Part shown: one piece after another, positions 35,986 through 37,556 of the stretch
Position numbering within the stretch: the first letter of the stretch is position 1
Layout of the letters: every line of letters begins with the position of its first letter
Source: Nitrospirota bacterium
Lineage (GTDB): Bacteria; Nitrospirota; Nitrospiria; JACQBW01
Direction: 5' to 3'
Length of the DNA: 37,556 bases
Assembly (NCBI GenBank): GCA_016201875.1
Contig: JACQBY010000146.1
Coordinates: forward strand, 1-37,556
The notes under the pieces: model-generated
Seen by the model: only the letters and a program-made list of their open reading frames with translations
The model's database searches: none
What the model was told of the DNA's origin: nothing
Program-made: the position numbers and the translations under genes

Positions 35986-37556
35986 ATGAAACCTCGTTTT
36001 AAAAATTTAGCGCTATGGCTGGTGATTGGATTATTCATGATCCTGCTCTTTAACCTTTTTAACGTCCCGATCCGTCCGGGGGAAGAAGAGCTGATTTTCA
36101 GCGACTTTATGTCCCGGATCGAGAAAGGGGATGTTTCTGAGGTTACGGTTAAAGAGAATCATATTACCGGCGTCCTCAAGGACGGGGTAAAGTTTAAGAC
36201 CTATTCGGCCAATTATCCCGATTTGATCAAGTCCCTCCGCGATAAAAATGTAAAAATTACGGTTAAACCACCCGATGAAAATCCCTGGTACCTGACCTTT
36301 CTGATTACCTGGGGGCCTTTTGTCTTTATCCTTGTCCTCTGGGTTTTTTTTCTTCGCCAGATGCAGATGGGGGGGAACAAAGCCCTTTCATTCGGCAAGA
36401 GCCGGGCCAGGCTCCTGTCGGAAGATAAGAAAAAGGTGACCTTTGCCGATGTGGCCGGGATTGAAGAAGCCAAAGATGAAGTCGTTGAAATCATCGAGTT
36501 TTTAAAAGACCCTCCGAAATTTCAGAAACTGGGCGGAAGGATCCCCAAAGGGGTCCTGATTGTCGGTCCTCCGGGGACAGGGAAAACGCTTCTCGCAAAA
36601 GCGATTGCGGGAGAAGCGGGCGTCCCTTTTTTCAGCATCAGCGGGTCTGATTTTGTCGAAATGTTCGTCGGTGTCGGCGCTTCGCGCGTCAGAGACCTCT
36701 TTGACCAGGGGAAAAAACAGGCCCCCTGCATTATTTTTATCGACGAAATTGACGCGGTCGGACGCCACCGCGGAGCCGGTGTCGGCGGAGGCCATGATGA
36801 ACGGGAACAGACCTTAAACCAGCTTCTGGTTGAAATGGATGGTTTTGAAACCAACGAAGGGGTTATTTTAATTGCCGCGACGAACCGTCCCGATGTATTA
36901 GATCCGGCCCTCCTCCGTCCCGGCCGGTTTGACCGCCAGGTGGTGGTCCCGAGGCCCGATTTTAAAGGGAGGGCCGAAATCTTAAAAGTCCATACGAAGA
37001 AAATACCGATCGACTCTTCGGTGAACCTTGACGTTATTGCAAGGGGAACACCCGGATTTGCGGGAGCGGATCTCGAGAACCTGGTGAACGAAGCGGCGCT
37101 TCTTGCCGCCCGCAAAAACAAAAAAGTGGTCGAAATGATCGACTTTGAATTTGCCAAAGACAAGGTTTTAATGGGCGTTGAGCGAAAAAGCATTATCATC
37201 AACGACGAGGAAAAAAAGACGACCGCCTATCATGAAGCGGGACACACGCTGGTCGCAAAAATCCTTCCGGGAACCGACCCTGTCCATAAGGTGACCATTA
37301 TCCCCCGGGGCCGGGCGCTGGGATTAACCATGCAGCTCCCCACCGACGACCGTTACACCTATGGCAGACAATTCCTCCTGAACAATATCGCCATTTTAAT
37401 GGGAGGGCGGGTTGCCGAAGAGGTGGCTCTCCAGAATATGACGACCGGCGCGGGAAATGATATCGAAAGAGCCACCGACCTGGCCAGAAAAATGATCTGC
37501 GAATGGGGGATGAGCGAAAAACTCGGACCTCTCACCTTTGGAAAGAAGGAACAGGA
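35986..37556 (+). CDS. ftsH: ATP-dependent zinc metalloprotease FtsH, partial. The 3' end lies beyond the window's right edge.
   Basis: It is absent from the ORF track because it is edge-truncated. Manual translation from the ATG at 35986 (GGAGAAGG Shine-Dalgarno sequence) gives [22 protein letters not shown]..., Walker [14 protein letters not shown], Walker [10 protein letters not shown], the SRH region [20 protein letters not shown] and the zinc motif HEAGHTLVA. It is open to the end of the window. The 226-aa minus-strand ORF at 36522-37202 is its shadow. Confidence 0.97.
   Translation, partial: MKPRFKNLALWLVIGLFMILLFNLFNVPIRPGEEELIFSDFMSRIEKGDVSEVTVKENHITGVLKDGVKFKTYSANYPDLIKSLRDKNVKITVKPPDENPWYLTFLITWGPFVFILVLWVFFLRQMQMGGNKALSFGKSRARLLSEDKKKVTFADVAGIEEAKDEVVEIIEFLKDPPKFQKLGGRIPKGVLIVGPPGTGKTLLAKAIAGEAGVPFFSISGSDFVEMFVGVGASRVRDLFDQGKKQAPCIIFIDEIDAVGRHRGAGVGGGHDEREQTLNQLLVEMDGFETNEGVILIAATNRPDVLDPALLRPGRFDRQVVVPRPDFKGRAEILKVHTKKIPIDSSVNLDVIARGTPGFAGADLENLVNEAALLAARKNKKVVEMIDFEFAKDKVLMGVERKSIIINDEEKKTTAYHEAGHTLVAKILPGTDPVHKVTIIPRGRALGLTMQLPTDDRYTYGRQFLLNNIAILMGGRVAEEVALQNMTTGAGNDIERATDLARKMICEWGMSEKLGPLTFGKKEQ

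Noticed and set aside
1-37556. A scan of intergenic regions for tRNA, rRNA, CRISPR arrays, integrases, toxin-antitoxin pairs or defence genes.
   Set aside because: None was found. Intergenic gaps are short (mostly under 200 nt), contain no cloverleaf-like or direct-repeat/spacer structure, and every long ORF is accounted for by the calls above.

Overview
This 37.6-kb window is a bacterial chromosomal segment, and almost all of it is densely packed core housekeeping genes. I cannot assign a taxon from the sequence alone. Operon orders resemble the Bacillus arrangements (hrcA-grpE-dnaK-dnaJ with CIRCE, hemX-like/hemA/C/D/B, tilS-hpt-ftsH), while Tat and lipoprotein signals are also present.

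Gene content from left to right:
- citrate synthase (edge-truncated, absent from the ORF track), hemF, a Tat-signal msrB
- a single-copy IS200/RAYT-like HUH-Y1 gene fused to a DnaA-C-like HTH
- clpS, a DUF255/thioredoxin-domain protein, mpg
- a two-domain SagB/ThcOx-like nitroreductase, a small ORF, an FmdE-family protein, an MFS transporter
- rarA, metF, HIT, HAD, RidA, an RDD-family protein, rsmE
- the CIRCE-controlled hrcA-grpE-dnaK-dnaJ operon
- aat, argJ, argC, rplM-rpsI
- two DUF151 (bifunctional nuclease) paralogs flanking a lipoprotein gene
- a tetrapyrrole operon (ccsA/hemX-like, hemA, hemC, cobA-hemD fusion, hemB) running into ribF
- tilS, hpt and ftsH (edge-truncated, also absent from the ORF track)

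I saw no rRNA, tRNA, CRISPR array, prophage or recognisable defence island. I found no convincing multi-gene novel system.

The observations most worth following up are:
1. the Y1/HUH-DnaA_C fusion gene;
2. an inverted doublet of 33-nt REP-like hairpins (REPIN-like) that forms the 3' end of the aat ORF, just upstream of the hrcA promoter and CIRCE;
3. an apparent internal deletion plus frameshift in the 3' part of ribF, with the lost C-terminal helix still readable in another frame;
4. the mpg / two-domain SagB-like / small ORF / FmdE / MFS block;
5. the DUF151-lipoprotein-DUF151 module.

All functional calls rest on motif recognition by eye. No database searches were run.
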